Source: Candidatus Nanopelagicales bacterium
GTDB taxonomy: Bacteria > Actinomycetota > Actinomycetes > S36-B12 > UBA5976
Length of the DNA: 64,000 nt
Assembly: GCA_044343935.1 (NCBI GenBank)
Contig: JBIJDU010000003.1
Coordinates: 5,365 to 69,364, forward strand
Reading direction: 5' to 3'
Part shown: positions 18,132-28,500 of the stretch, piece after piece
How the letters are laid out: every line of letters begins with the position of its first letter
Numbering within the stretch: position 1 is the stretch's first letter
Translations under genes and position numbers: made by a program
The notes under the pieces: generated by a model
Database searches by the model: none
What the model was told of the DNA's origin: nothing
What the model saw: only the letters and a program-made list of their open reading frames with translations

Positions 18132-20349
18132 CGCTAGGTAAATCTTCAGTTAGTAGTTTGGTCCAGGCAGCATTAACTTCAGTTAAGCCATATCGGTTAG
18201 AGATTTCAGTTTGTGCTTGATTGCCTAACGCTCGCCACTGACCATTGGCGGTTGCTTCCAAGATGAATTTGGCAGCTGCAGCTGCATCAGCATGAATCCA
18301 TTTCGCATCATAAATCTGATCTGAACCTGGCCAAGGCAAAATAACTGGCACTGCGCCACTGGCGGCACCTTCGGCTGGGGCTAAATGAAAAGACTCATCA
18401 TCTGATGTGGAGAGCACCCAACCTACCCGGCGTAGCCAATTCGCTACGTCAGCTCCATAGTCATCAAAAATAATGCTGCCACGAAGCAACTCACTGCGTT
18501 CAACTTCTTCAAATATTTCCCGAAACGCAACTCGCTCGGCTTCATCTCGCCAGACCCATGGCATTTGCCATGGCAATTTAGATTTGATAACTAACTTGAA
18601 TCTTGGATCGGACTTTCTTAATTCTGCCAAAATTTTAATTGCCAGATCTGGCCGCTTTCGCATGGGCGCTGCACCAATTAAGCCGATGGTAAATTGCGCA
18701 TCATCAAACTTAGGTCTATTCAAATCAGCGACATCAACCCAATTAGGCACCATCACAACTCGATTTTTTGGTACTGAAGTTTTTGTCAACGTTAAGTCAG
18801 CATATGGTTTTGAGACGCAAACTAATTGATCAACCGCAGCACCATTTATGGTTTCTGGCCATGGCCGCGATAGCTCAAATCGATGCAATCGCACAATCAA
18901 GCGCTGTTTGGCTTTTTTGTGCTTGGCGTACCAAAGCGCATTACCGCCGCACCATTCGCAAACAATTACATCTGCCCATTTCAGCATTGCTTTGCTAACT
19001 CGGCCTTCATTGCGATTGATTGCCGGCCAATGATCAAACCGCAGTTCGATGCCGGGCATGCCTTGCCAGAACGCCGCAATTTTGGTGAAGAACTTAAGAT
19101 CATGACTTGCCACAACAACTCGCATCGGCCGGCCGTGTTTAGCTACAAAATCCTTAACTCCCGCAGATGGCAGCGGAATGTGCTGATCCAATAACTGCTT
19201 CACCCTTGCAACTGAACTGGTCATCGAAAAAGCAGCAGTTGCATTACTAATTGCACTTGCCGCTTTAGTTAACTTATCCGGTTGCGCAACTACTTCAGCT
19301 AAAACTTTTGCAACATTCGAATTGGCGTCAACAAACAACGGGTAATCGGAGCCAAGCAACTGCTCGTGTATCAAATTTCGATTAAGCAGCACTGGTACGC
19401 CGAGCGAACCGAACTCAAGTACTTTTGTTGATAACTCAAGCGATGCGTCTAATTCTTCCGCCCGCCAGGACATTCCCACGTGAGACTTCGCAGCTTGGGT
19501 CATTGCGGCTGCTCGAGCCATTCCGCCATGCGCAATCACACCTGGCGTCTTTTCCAACGCAGTTTGCATTTGCGCAGCCCAGCTAGGAAGCTCTTTTGGA
19601 TTGTGGACCTTGTCGCCCACCATGTTTAACTCTGCGCTTACCCCCAGTTCAGCTAACTGAGCTGGTACTTGAGTCATTTCCAAGGTATTCCAAAGTGGTG
19701 CAAATTTTCCGGTGTAGACCAGCGATAACGGATTTGCTGGGGTGCCAATCTTTTCTAGATTTAAGTTAGCTTTAGTTGGCGACTCAGCCACAATTGGCGA
19801 CCAGATAGCGCACTTACCCGCAGTTTGAGCAATTGTGGCTTCTAGTAGTGCACGCAAATACTCAGTTTGACACAACATGAGATGGCTAGCTTTAGCAACT
19901 TCCCCTAACCATTTGCGACTTGCCGCATCCATCGCTGCGGCAGATTGTGGAATATCAGTTAAGTAAGTCCATAACTTACCGTGCACTACTTCAGATTTTG
20001 CCAACTGCGGTGCTAGTTTGCCACCTCGAATCATGATTGCATCAAACAATTCTTGTTTATGTAATTTCTCAATCATTGAAACCGCATTAGGCACTGTTAG
20101 TGAATCACCTTTTGTAAAAAGTGACTTAAATTTTGAAACGGCATCAGTAAATGGATTGATGATGGTGATGTTTTCAAATTCGTTAAGTGGTAGCAATAGT
20201 CGATCTGTTGTTGGTCTTGCTTTGAGCAGAAAATAAACATCAACGCCAGCGCGAGCGAGCACTTCAGCTGCAGATGCTGCCCAGACTGCTGAGCCATCAA
20301 TAATATTCATATTGACATCGCCATAAAGCAAAATTTTTCGATTAGTCAT
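18121..20349 (-). CDS. two-module GT-B glycosyltransferase (candidate glycopolymer polymerase)
   Basis: 742 aa. Module 1 starts ILLYGDVNMNIIDGSAVW. Module 2 starts MRVVVASHDLKF and ends with a GT4-like ESFHLAPAEGAASGAVPV (EX7E-like) motif. Confidence 0.7.
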   Translation of the reverse strand: MTNRKILLYGDVNMNIIDGSAVWAASAAEVLARAGVDVYFLLKARPTTDRLLLPLNEFENITIINPFTDAVSKFKSLFTKGDSLTVPNAVSMIEKLHKQELFDAIMIRGGKLAPQLAKSEVVHGKLWTYLTDIPQSAAAMDAASRKWLGEVAKASHLMLCQTEYLRALLEATIAQTAGKCAIWSPIVAESPTKANLNLEKIGTPANPLSLVYTGKFAPLWNTLEMTQVPAQLAELGVSAELNMVGDKVHNPKELPSWAAQMQTALEKTPGVIAHGGMARAAAMTQAAKSHVGMSWRAEELDASLELSTKVLEFGSLGVPVLLNRNLIHEQLLGSDYPLFVDANSNVAKVLAEVVAQPDKLTKAASAISNATAAFSMTSSVARVKQLLDQHIPLPSAGVKDFVAKHGRPMRVVVASHDLKFFTKIAAFWQGMPGIELRFDHWPAINRNEGRVSKAMLKWADVIVCEWCGGNALWYAKHKKAKQRLIVRLHRFELSRPWPETINGAAVDQLVCVSKPYADLTLTKTSVPKNRVVMVPNWVDVADLNRPKFDDAQFTIGLIGAAPMRKRPDLAIKILAELRKSDPRFKLVIKSKLPWQMPWVWRDEAERVAFREIFEEVERSELLRGSIIFDDYGADVANWLRRVGWVLSTSDDESFHLAPAEGAASGAVPVILPWPGSDQIYDAKWIHADAAAAAKFILEATANGQWRALGNQAQTEISNRYGLTEVNAAWTKLLTEDLPSANS

Positions 20350-20971
20350 TGGTTATCGCAGACTTGAGTTGAGTCGAATCAAAATTTGCAGCTGAGATCA
20401 CTTGGTCAAAACTTAAATCAGTAACCGCATGCTCCCAATTCTTTCGCGGCGAATTTTCCCAAAATAAAACTGGAATTTGATTGCTTTGCGCAGATTTAAC
20501 AATTCGAGCAAGTTGCGCTGCACGATCAGGAGCTAGTGGATTGCCAAGGTGGCGCCAAACTGAACTTACTTCGCCGGCGTTGGCAGCAATAACGACTACC
20601 TGCGGTTTAAATGGCAGCAATACATCAGCCACATCTTTATCGTGCGGCATCAGCGGCAAGACATAACAATCTTTTGCCAATTCATCAATCAGATCATCCC
20701 CTGCAACTGCGGCAACTCGAATTCCGAAATTAAACGGTGTTGCCCGGCGCACGCGTTGCAACATAGGCTCGCCTAGCTCAGTTGAGAATTGCCGATTATC
20801 CGATTCGTGCCGAAGTCGCCACAGCCGAACTAAGTTCTTCACTGCCACTAACGATCGCCTGGGATCCTTGGCGATTGCCAACAGCGCAGTGCCAACCAAA
20901 TAAGCACCAGAATTTTTCAGTTGTGCTAGCTCAGCTTCCAATTTCTGGACGCGATCGGTTAATTCATTCAT
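20342..20971 (-). CDS. hypothetical protein with N-terminal coiled coil, coupled to the two-module GT
   Basis: 209 aa. Heptad-like N-terminus (LTDRVQKLEAELAQLKN). It overlaps wecB by 4 nt upstream and the 742-aa GT by 8 nt downstream. No family recognised with confidence. Confidence 0.5.
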   Translation of the reverse strand: MNELTDRVQKLEAELAQLKNSGAYLVGTALLAIAKDPRRSLVAVKNLVRLWRLRHESDNRQFSTELGEPMLQRVRRATPFNFGIRVAAVAGDDLIDELAKDCYVLPLMPHDKDVADVLLPFKPQVVVIAANAGEVSSVWRHLGNPLAPDRAAQLARIVKSAQSNQIPVLFWENSPRKNWEHAVTDLSFDQVISAANFDSTQLKSAITND

Positions 20972-22062
20972 CTGCTACCTAGAAATTCAATAATTGCTGC
21001 AGCAATGCGCTCGCCCGCTTTGCCATCCCATAGCGGTGGCACTACATCTTTTGGTGCTGGCAATTCAGTCACGCGCTGCACCAAATTATCGACTGTTACC
21101 AATTGATTTGAACCATATGTAATAGTGATTGGACGCTCCGTATTGGGGCGCAATGTTAAACAAGGCACTTTAAGAATTGTGGTTTCTTCTTGCACGCCTC
21201 CAGAGTCAGTGACAACAAACTTTGCCCCTTTGACTAACGAGATGAAATCGATGTAATTAAGTGGCTCAATAACTTTGATTCCATCATATTCACCAAGGCC
21301 GGCGTTATACAGTGATGCTTTTCCGCGCGGATGCAGCGGCAGCACGATTTGGGTTTGTTTGGAAACTTCACCTAGTGCTGTGACAATCAATTTAGCAGTT
21401 GTAAGATCATCCACATTCCCAGGTCGATGCAAAGTGGCAACCGCATAATCACCAGTGATGCCGAGTTGATTGGTAATTTTTACCGAATCAAACTCTGCTA
21501 GATGAGATAACAACGTATCAATCATGGAATTACCTACAAAAACTATTTTTCGCTCGGCTAACCCTTCTCGCTTCAGATTGTCTTCTGCTTCTGGGCTGGT
21601 AATCAGTAATAAATCAGAAAGCTGATCAGTTAACTTTCGATTTATCTCTTCAGGCATAGACAAATCAAAACTTCGCAACCCCGCTTCAACGTGCGCAACT
21701 GGAATTTCTAATTTTGCTGCTACTAATGCGGCAGCAACCGTAGAATTCACATCGCCGTAAACCACAATCATTGCTGGCTTCACATCCGCGATTGCTTTTT
21801 CAAAGCCAACCATAATCGCGGCAGTTTGGCTGGCATGTGAACCAGAACCAACCCCAAGATTTAAATCAGGTGTTGGCAGATTTAATAATCTAAAAAACGA
21901 ATCACTTAGCGCATCGTCATAATGCTGGCCGGTATGAATCAACCGTTGCGGAATTCCTGCCTTGGCTAATGCCGCGATAACGGGGGCAGCCTTTGGGAAA
22001 TTCGGTCGAGCGCCAGTAACGTGGACAACATCGCCACTTCGTATTACTGCCTGCTGCGTCAC
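20968..22062 (-). CDS. wecB: UDP-N-acetylglucosamine 2-epimerase (non-hydrolysing)
   Basis: Motifs HTGQHYD, VYGDVNST, HVEAGLRS and DSGGVQEE. Confidence 0.92.
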   Translation of the reverse strand: MTQQAVIRSGDVVHVTGARPNFPKAAPVIAALAKAGIPQRLIHTGQHYDDALSDSFFRLLNLPTPDLNLGVGSGSHASQTAAIMVGFEKAIADVKPAMIVVYGDVNSTVAAALVAAKLEIPVAHVEAGLRSFDLSMPEEINRKLTDQLSDLLLITSPEAEDNLKREGLAERKIVFVGNSMIDTLLSHLAEFDSVKITNQLGITGDYAVATLHRPGNVDDLTTAKLIVTALGEVSKQTQIVLPLHPRGKASLYNAGLGEYDGIKVIEPLNYIDFISLVKGAKFVVTDSGGVQEETTILKVPCLTLRPNTERPITITYGSNQLVTVDNLVQRVTELPAPKDVVPPLWDGKAGERIAAAIIEFLGSR

Positions 22063-22112
22063 TGCGCTCTCCTAAGCGTGAGAAACTTGGCTCTAGCCGT
22101 GAGTATTCCACC

Positions 22113-23561
22113 ATGGCATGGGAAAGTAGGACAGCGTTGCGCTACTTAACTGGGTTGCGAGCCCTGCCATGGGCAATCAGCACCATATTGCTTCGGCTGC
22201 TGCGATCCCCACGCCTAACTCTAGAAGCCATATTGCGCAAGGCGGGCATAAATCTCCGGAACACCGCAAATCCAGCAAAATCAGGGGACTTTCCCAATCC
22301 AATCAGGCGCGGACCTGCGCATCGCAGCATTAATCCGCGACCAAACTCAGTGCTGCACTTTATTACCAATTGCTTGCCCTATACCCAAGCTGGCTACACC
22401 ATTCGAACTCATAACGTAATAGCTGCCCAACTAGCTGCTGGAATCTCAGCTAGCGCAGTTACCAGATATGGCTATCCAATCAGTATTGGCAATTTTAAAA
22501 CTGGCGTCAAAACTGAGTTACCAAGTTTTTCAGGCGATAGCAAGATTACTTACCACCATTTAATTCCAACCAAATTTGCCACAACAACTGAATTAGAAGT
22601 TGCAGCAGCAACAGCATCTAAACTAGTAGCAAAACTTCGCCCCAGCGTGCTTCATGCCGCAACCGATTTTATTAACGGTGAAATTGCAGCTGCCGTTGCA
22701 ACTGCCACAGATTTACCATTTGCTTATGAAGTACGCGGATTTTTAGAACAATCCTGGTTAACTAAATCAGCCGAAAACCGTGATGACTCTGCTTATTATC
22801 AAGAATTTCTGCGGCGCGAAACCGAAGTGATGCAACAAGCAGCAGCAATAACAACATTAAGCGAAACCATGAAAGCCGAAATCATAAGTCGCGGTGTGGC
22901 TGCTGCAAAAATCCACTTAGCACCAAATGCCGTATCAGATCAGTTGTTAAGTGAAGTTAAATCTGCAGCAGCGGCAAGAGCACAACTGCATTTGCCTGAA
23001 TTACCTACGTTTGGTATCGCCACCACGCTTTACCAATTTGAAAATGTGAGCCTTTTGATTGAATCACTTGAGCAACTTTGGCAAAGCGGCAAACAAGCAC
23101 AGTTGTTAATTGTGGGTGATGGACCCGAGTTAGCTGGCTTAACTGCCCGGGCAAAATCAAGCCCAGTTGCAGCACATATTCACCTGGTTGGCCGAAAACC
23201 ATTTGAGCAAACCATTACGCACTATCAAGCCATGGATGTGTTCTGTGTCCCCAGAACCCATTCGCTAGTGACGCAATTGGTAACTCCGCTTAAACCCATT
23301 GAAGCGATGGCGCTGGGTCGCCCGGTTATTGCCAGCAATTTGCCAGCGCTGGCTGAGTTAATCAAGCATGAGCAAACCGGGCTTTTAGTTCAGCCCGATT
23401 CCGCCACTGCGCTCACCGAAGCCCTTGGCCAACTTCTGTACGATTCAGGCTATCGCCACAATTTAGCTACCGCGGCGAAAGAATGGGTTGCTAACACTCG
23501 AACCTGGTCTCAGGTAGCGCAGACTTATCAACAGATTTACCAACAGCTAGGCAAGCGCTAA
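22113..23561 (+). CDS. glycosyltransferase family 4 with ~90-aa basic N-terminal extension
   Basis: GT-B fold signatures. C-terminal VFCVPRTHSLVTQLVTPLKPIEAMALGRPVIAS. Divergent from wecB. Confidence 0.8.
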   Translation: MAWESRTALRYLTGLRALPWAISTILLRLLRSPRLTLEAILRKAGINLRNTANPAKSGDFPNPIRRGPAHRSINPRPNSVLHFITNCLPYTQAGYTIRTHNVIAAQLAAGISASAVTRYGYPISIGNFKTGVKTELPSFSGDSKITYHHLIPTKFATTTELEVAAATASKLVAKLRPSVLHAATDFINGEIAAAVATATDLPFAYEVRGFLEQSWLTKSAENRDDSAYYQEFLRRETEVMQQAAAITTLSETMKAEIISRGVAAAKIHLAPNAVSDQLLSEVKSAAAARAQLHLPELPTFGIATTLYQFENVSLLIESLEQLWQSGKQAQLLIVGDGPELAGLTARAKSSPVAAHIHLVGRKPFEQTITHYQAMDVFCVPRTHSLVTQLVTPLKPIEAMALGRPVIASNLPALAELIKHEQTGLLVQPDSATALTEALGQLLYDSGYRHNLATAAKEWVANTRTWSQVAQTYQQIYQQLGKR

Positions 23562-23579
23562 CGCTTGCGCGGAGGGTTA

Positions 23580-24839
23580 ATGAAGACAGATCTCGCGGTA
23601 ATTGGATTGGGCTATGTCGGTTTGCCACTGGCTCAGGAAGCACTTCGCGCCGGGCTATCAGTTGTTGGTTACGACGTAAGTGATCGCGTAATAACTGGGC
23701 TGAACGCTGGTAAATCACATGTTGATGATTTGTCGGACACTGACATTCAAACCATGATCAAAAATGGATTTACCGCAAGCAAAGATGATCAAGTACTGGA
23801 AGCAGCTAGTGCCATTGTGATTTGTGTGCCAACACCACTTTCCGCCGATGGCGGACCTGATCTTTCTGCCGTGCTTGGTGCTACCGCAGCAGTTGCCAAG
23901 AATTTGAAAAAAGGTCAATTAATTGTTTTGGAGTCAACTACTTATCCAGGCACAACCGAAGAAGTAGTTAAGCCTATCTTGGAGGCTGGCGGCTTGGTTG
24001 CTGGCGAAGATTTTTATCTAGCATTTTCGCCAGAGCGAATTGACCCAGGTAATAAAAAATTTGGGATGCGCAACACGCCAAAAGTTGTTGGTGGTATTAA
24101 TCAAGTTAGCACTGACAAAGCGGTCGCGATGTATGCCAATTTTGTTGATACCGTGGTTCGTGCCAAAGGCGCTAAAGAAGCTGAAATGGCAAAATTGCTC
24201 GAAAACACTTATCGTCATATCAACATTGCGCTGGTGAATGAAATGGCAATGTTCTGCAATGACCTCGGAATTGATTTATGGGATGTAATCAGATGCGCCT
24301 CAACTAAGCCATTCGGTTTTCAAGCTTTTTATCCTGGCCCAGGTGTTGGCGGACACTGCATCCCAATTGATCCAAATTATTTATCGCATCAAGTTAAAAC
24401 GAATCTGGGCTATCCATTTAAGTTTGTTGAGTTGGCACAAGAGATTAATGCGGGTATGCCCAACTATGTGATTCGCCGCGTGCAAGATCAACTAAACACT
24501 GCTGGAAAAGCACTAAATGGAGCAACTGTGTTGCTGTTAGGTGTTACTTACAAACCAAACATTGCAGATCAGCGTGAATCCCCCGCAATTCCAATTGGGC
24601 TTGGCTTAATTGAAAAGGGTGCCAAGGTGATATTTCATGATCCCATGGTTGAGGTTTGGCGCCTAGCTGGCACTGAACTGCCACGAGTTGCAGATCTAAC
24701 TGCCGCACTTAAGCAAGCAGATATCACTGTGATGTTGCAAGACCATGCTAGCTATGACGCTGACCTATTAATTTCCAACTCGAATTTGTTGTTTGATACT
24801 CGCGGCAAATTAGATCATCCCGAGGTGGAGCGACTGTGA
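23580..24839 (+). CDS. UDP-N-acetylhexosamine 6-dehydrogenase (WecC/WbpA/TviB family)
   Basis: Start refined to ATG 23580, with GGAGGG upstream. Rossmann motif VIGLGYVGLPLA, LESTTYPGTTEE, and catalytic Cys GVGGHCIPIDP. The substrate (ManNAc versus GlcNAc) cannot be resolved from sequence alone. Confidence 0.85.
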   Translation: MKTDLAVIGLGYVGLPLAQEALRAGLSVVGYDVSDRVITGLNAGKSHVDDLSDTDIQTMIKNGFTASKDDQVLEAASAIVICVPTPLSADGGPDLSAVLGATAAVAKNLKKGQLIVLESTTYPGTTEEVVKPILEAGGLVAGEDFYLAFSPERIDPGNKKFGMRNTPKVVGGINQVSTDKAVAMYANFVDTVVRAKGAKEAEMAKLLENTYRHINIALVNEMAMFCNDLGIDLWDVIRCASTKPFGFQAFYPGPGVGGHCIPIDPNYLSHQVKTNLGYPFKFVELAQEINAGMPNYVIRRVQDQLNTAGKALNGATVLLLGVTYKPNIADQRESPAIPIGLGLIEKGAKVIFHDPMVEVWRLAGTELPRVADLTAALKQADITVMLQDHASYDADLLISNSNLLFDTRGKLDHPEVERL

Positions 24840-25675
24840 GTGAATTTCACCAGCTAAAACCAGTTGGTCAGAAGTTAAGTTTTGGCGCATACATAAAGGA
24901 CTTATGGAAGCGTAGATTTTTCATGATGTCATTTGCTCGGGCTCGTGTTGAAGGACAAAACTCCAGTGCCGCTTTGGGTCAACTTTGGTTGCTATTAACG
25001 CCGCTGTTAACCGCAGCAGTTTATTACCTTTTATTTGGTGTAATTCTTGGCGTCTCTCGTGGGATTGAAAACTTTATCGCATTTTTAGTTATTGGGGTAA
25101 TGATGTTTCGATTTACTTCCAATAGTGCAAACGCCGGTGCAATATCGATTATCTCAAACAAAGGATTAATCCGATCACTACATTTCCCCAGGGCGTTGCT
25201 ACCAATCTCAGCATCACTCCAGCAATTCCTGCAATTTCTACCATCGCTTATAGTGGTATTGATTGCCGTGATAGCAACTGGCGAACCAATTAGATTTACT
25301 TGGATATTGATAATTCCTATCATTCTGATTCAATTTGTTTTTAACACTGGAATTGCCTTGCTGCTTGCACGAGTTGTGAATAGGACCCGTGATTTAGCGA
25401 AGTTGAGTCCATTCTTAATTCGCATGTGGGGATATCTCAGTGGCATTTTCTTTAGTATTGAGTTATCCAAAGAGAGATTTCCAGAACTGATTGAACCTTT
25501 TTTGAGCTACAACCCTGCACATATTTTTATGCAGTTGACTCGAAGTATTTTCATTGAGTCGATTGATTCTTCAATGCAAGATTGGTTATGGGGAATTGGC
25601 TGGGCGATGGCGGTATTTTTGCTAGGTTTTTATTTCTTCTTCAAAGGTGAAGGTAAATATGGTCGAGACCAATAG
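24836..25675 (+). CDS. ABC-2 type polysaccharide/teichoic-acid export permease (Wzm/TagG-like)
   Basis: 279 aa with six hydrophobic segments. It overlaps the upstream dehydrogenase by 4 nt and is followed by the cognate ATPase. Confidence 0.88.
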   Translation: MSEFHQLKPVGQKLSFGAYIKDLWKRRFFMMSFARARVEGQNSSAALGQLWLLLTPLLTAAVYYLLFGVILGVSRGIENFIAFLVIGVMMFRFTSNSANAGAISIISNKGLIRSLHFPRALLPISASLQQFLQFLPSLIVVLIAVIATGEPIRFTWILIIPIILIQFVFNTGIALLLARVVNRTRDLAKLSPFLIRMWGYLSGIFFSIELSKERFPELIEPFLSYNPAHIFMQLTRSIFIESIDSSMQDWLWGIGWAMAVFLLGFYFFFKGEGKYGRDQ

Positions 25676-26420
25676 TCGAACCGTTGTTGTTGAAGACTTA
25701 CATGTTTATTATCGAATTCGAACTAAAGTGAAAAGCAAACAAATTGCGGTAAAACAGAATTTACTTGATAAAGCGCTGCGTCGAACTCGCAAAGTTCCCT
25801 TGAAGGAAGTTCATGCCCTGAAGGGCGTTAGTTTCACAACTCATCAAGGTGAAGCGGTTGCCATCATTGGTCGTAATGGCGCTGGCAAAAGCACGCTGCT
25901 GCGCGCAATATCAGGGTTGATTCCGGCCCGAACTGGCTCAATTCTCACCTCATCGCAGCCCTCATTGCTAGGTGTTAATGCAGCACTGATGAATCATTTG
26001 TCGGGCCGACGAAATATCGAACTTGGTGGGTTGGCGTTAGGCATGACACCAGCTGAAGTTGAAGCGAACATGGATGCCATCATTGAATTTTCCGGCTTGG
26101 GTGAATTTATTGATCTGCCACTTAGCACCTATTCCGCTGGCATGGGCGCCAGATTGCGATTTGCGATTGCCTCTTCAGTGCCACAAGAAATTCTGATGAT
26201 TGATGAAGCACTGGCAACTGGTGATGTTAACTTCAAGAAGCGATCGCAAGAGCGGATTTCCGAGCTTAAAGCAAAAGCGGGCACGGTGTTTTTGGTTAGC
26301 CATTCGCATTCCGTCATTCGCGAGACCTGTAACCGCGCCATCTGGCTTGATAAAGGCAAAATGGTGATGGATGGTCCAATGGAGGAAGTTCTCAGCGCCT
26401 ACGAGCAAGCGACTACTTAA
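25659..26420 (+). CDS. polysaccharide export ABC ATPase (Wzt/TagH-like, no C-terminal carbohydrate-binding domain)
   Basis: ATG at 25659. Walker A GRNGAGKST, signature YSAGMGARL and Walker B ILMIDEALATGD. The protein ends shortly after the NBD. Confidence 0.9.
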   Translation: MVETNSRTVVVEDLHVYYRIRTKVKSKQIAVKQNLLDKALRRTRKVPLKEVHALKGVSFTTHQGEAVAIIGRNGAGKSTLLRAISGLIPARTGSILTSSQPSLLGVNAALMNHLSGRRNIELGGLALGMTPAEVEANMDAIIEFSGLGEFIDLPLSTYSAGMGARLRFAIASSVPQEILMIDEALATGDVNFKKRSQERISELKAKAGTVFLVSHSHSVIRETCNRAIWLDKGKMVMDGPMEEVLSAYEQATT

Positions 26421-26422
26421 CT

Positions 26423-27505
26423 ATGCGTGTCTTGGTGATAACGGTGGTGCACCACCCACAAGACGCACGGATTTATTTTCGTGAAATCTCAGCACTGTTA
26501 AGTCACGGCCATCAAGTTAGCTACGCCGCTGCATTTGATTCTTTTCCCATTTCACAACTTGATTCTAGAATTGAAACTATCACAATTCCAAGAGCTAGTG
26601 GCAAAAGCCGATTAAAGGCATTGCTAGCTGCGCGCAAATTGCTGCGATCTAGATCTATTGATTTTGACTTAGTTTTAATTCATGATCCAGAGTTATTATT
26701 AGTAGCAAGCTCGAGCAAAACTGCAGTTGTTTGGGATGTTCATGAAGATACCGCTGCTGCTATCTCAGCTAAAGCATGGTTACCTAAGCTACTCAAGCGG
26801 CCAGCTGCAAGATTCATTAAAAAACTAGAACTGCGTGCCGAGCAACAGCACCACTTGCTGCTAGCCGAAACTGAATATCAATCTCGATTCACCAAACCTC
26901 ATCCAGTAATTCCAAATACTACGTTGGTGCCAGATTATGGTGGGGTTGGACCAACTAAATCAGTTGTTTATTTAGGGAGCATCACCACGCTGCGCGGTGG
27001 TCAAACTTTGCTCTCGGTTGGTAAATCACTTAAACAGCATGGAATTTTGTTGGAGTTAATTGGTAGTTGCCCAGAAACTGATCTCGCCGCGCAATTAACA
27101 AAAGCAGCAAACAATGGTGATTTGATCTGGCATGGATTTATGCCAAACCAAGCAGCAAAACAGCTCTTGCCAGGCAAATTGGCCGGTCTTTCACTGTTGC
27201 AAAATCATCCAAATTATCAAGTTAGCCAACCCACCAAGATCTACGAATACCTTGCTGCCGGAATCCCAGTTATTTCAACTGCACTACCCCACGCCAAAAC
27301 CTTAATCAACACTGCCGATGCTGGCGTTATTGTTGACTTTGATAATGCCGAGCAAGTTGTGGCTGAAATTCTTAACTTAGCTAATGACTCATCTGCTTGG
27401 CAGCGATTGGGCAAAAATGGACATCGCTACGTCCAACAACATCATAATTGGGGTGTTGATCAAGAAAAGTTTGTTAGCGCGCTCGAAGATTTCGCGGCGA
27501 AGTAA
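26423..27505 (+). CDS. glycosyltransferase family 4
   Basis: 360 aa with a GT-B C-terminal half (QPTKIYEYLAAGIPVIST). It starts 3 nt after the ATPase stop. Confidence 0.8.
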   Translation: MRVLVITVVHHPQDARIYFREISALLSHGHQVSYAAAFDSFPISQLDSRIETITIPRASGKSRLKALLAARKLLRSRSIDFDLVLIHDPELLLVASSSKTAVVWDVHEDTAAAISAKAWLPKLLKRPAARFIKKLELRAEQQHHLLLAETEYQSRFTKPHPVIPNTTLVPDYGGVGPTKSVVYLGSITTLRGGQTLLSVGKSLKQHGILLELIGSCPETDLAAQLTKAANNGDLIWHGFMPNQAAKQLLPGKLAGLSLLQNHPNYQVSQPTKIYEYLAAGIPVISTALPHAKTLINTADAGVIVDFDNAEQVVAEILNLANDSSAWQRLGKNGHRYVQQHHNWGVDQEKFVSALEDFAAK

Positions 27506-28475
27506 GAAATCCGACGCCCCAGCTCATATGCATAGTTAATAACACAATTGGTTGCCAGAGCAAAGTCAATAGATCCTTCTTATTAAAGATAAGAATGGAG
27601 CCAACAAGAATTAAAGATAAATACCCAGCAATTGGCACGAAAAACAACCAAGCCCAGCCCAACCCAAATGCAGTTGTGACCAGTAACAGCAAAATTGAAG
27701 TCAGTAGCGCTGAAACCGTAACCGGCGGCGCTAAGTAACGAAGCGACTTAGTTTTAGGATATGTCCGCGCAACTTCACGCCGCCATCTACCGTATTCAAA
27801 GTATTGTTTCGCTAGTAATCTAATTGACGAACGTGGTCGATAAGTGACTTCTAATCTGGGATCAAACCAAACTTTGCCGCCAGTTTGCCGAATTCGGTAA
27901 TTCATCTCCCAATCTTGGGCACGAATAAATGTTTCGTCATAACCGCCAACCCGATCAATAGCGCTCCGCTTAAACACACCCAGATAAACTGTTTTTGTTT
28001 CACCAGCACCACCACCAGTATGAAATCGGGCTGGCCCAACACCTAACGCACTTCGCATCGCAGCAGCTACTGCCTTTTCAAATCTTGTTCGGCCAGTTGC
28101 TGCCATCACACCACCGACTACATCTGCACCAGTTTCAGCGAGCACATTAAGTGCGATCTGAATGTAATTAGGTGTTAACAGGGAATGGCCATCAACTCGA
28201 ACAATCACTTCGTATTTTGACTGCGCGATAGCAAGATTTAATGCAGCAGCAGTTTTTCCAGTTGGATTAGTGACTAACTTAATTCTGGAATCGGCTTGGG
28301 CCAATTTTTCGGCAATCTGATTTGTTTGATCAGTTGAAGGACCAAGGGCTAACACCAGCTCAATTGGGACTGAAACTTGCTGCGCCAAAATCTCCGCGAC
28401 CGCAGCGCTGAGATGCTTGGCTTCGTTTAAAACTGGCATAACGACGCTAACTCCAGTTAGCGGCCCGGTGTTCAT
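27474..28475 (-). CDS. glycosyltransferase family 2 with C-terminal TM helices
   Basis: Start refined to ATG 28475 (MNTGPLTGVSVVMPVLNE). GT-A core (VRVDGHS; RAQDWEMNYR). Three hydrophobic segments at the C-terminus. Confidence 0.85.
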   Translation of the reverse strand: MNTGPLTGVSVVMPVLNEAKHLSAAVAEILAQQVSVPIELVLALGPSTDQTNQIAEKLAQADSRIKLVTNPTGKTAAALNLAIAQSKYEVIVRVDGHSLLTPNYIQIALNVLAETGADVVGGVMAATGRTRFEKAVAAAMRSALGVGPARFHTGGGAGETKTVYLGVFKRSAIDRVGGYDETFIRAQDWEMNYRIRQTGGKVWFDPRLEVTYRPRSSIRLLAKQYFEYGRWRREVARTYPKTKSLRYLAPPVTVSALLTSILLLLVTTAFGLGWAWLFFVPIAGYLSLILVGSILIFNKKDLLTLLWQPIVLLTMHMSWGVGFLTSPRNLRAR

Positions 28476-28500
28476 GGTGTGAAACCTTAGCGGTGAGAGA

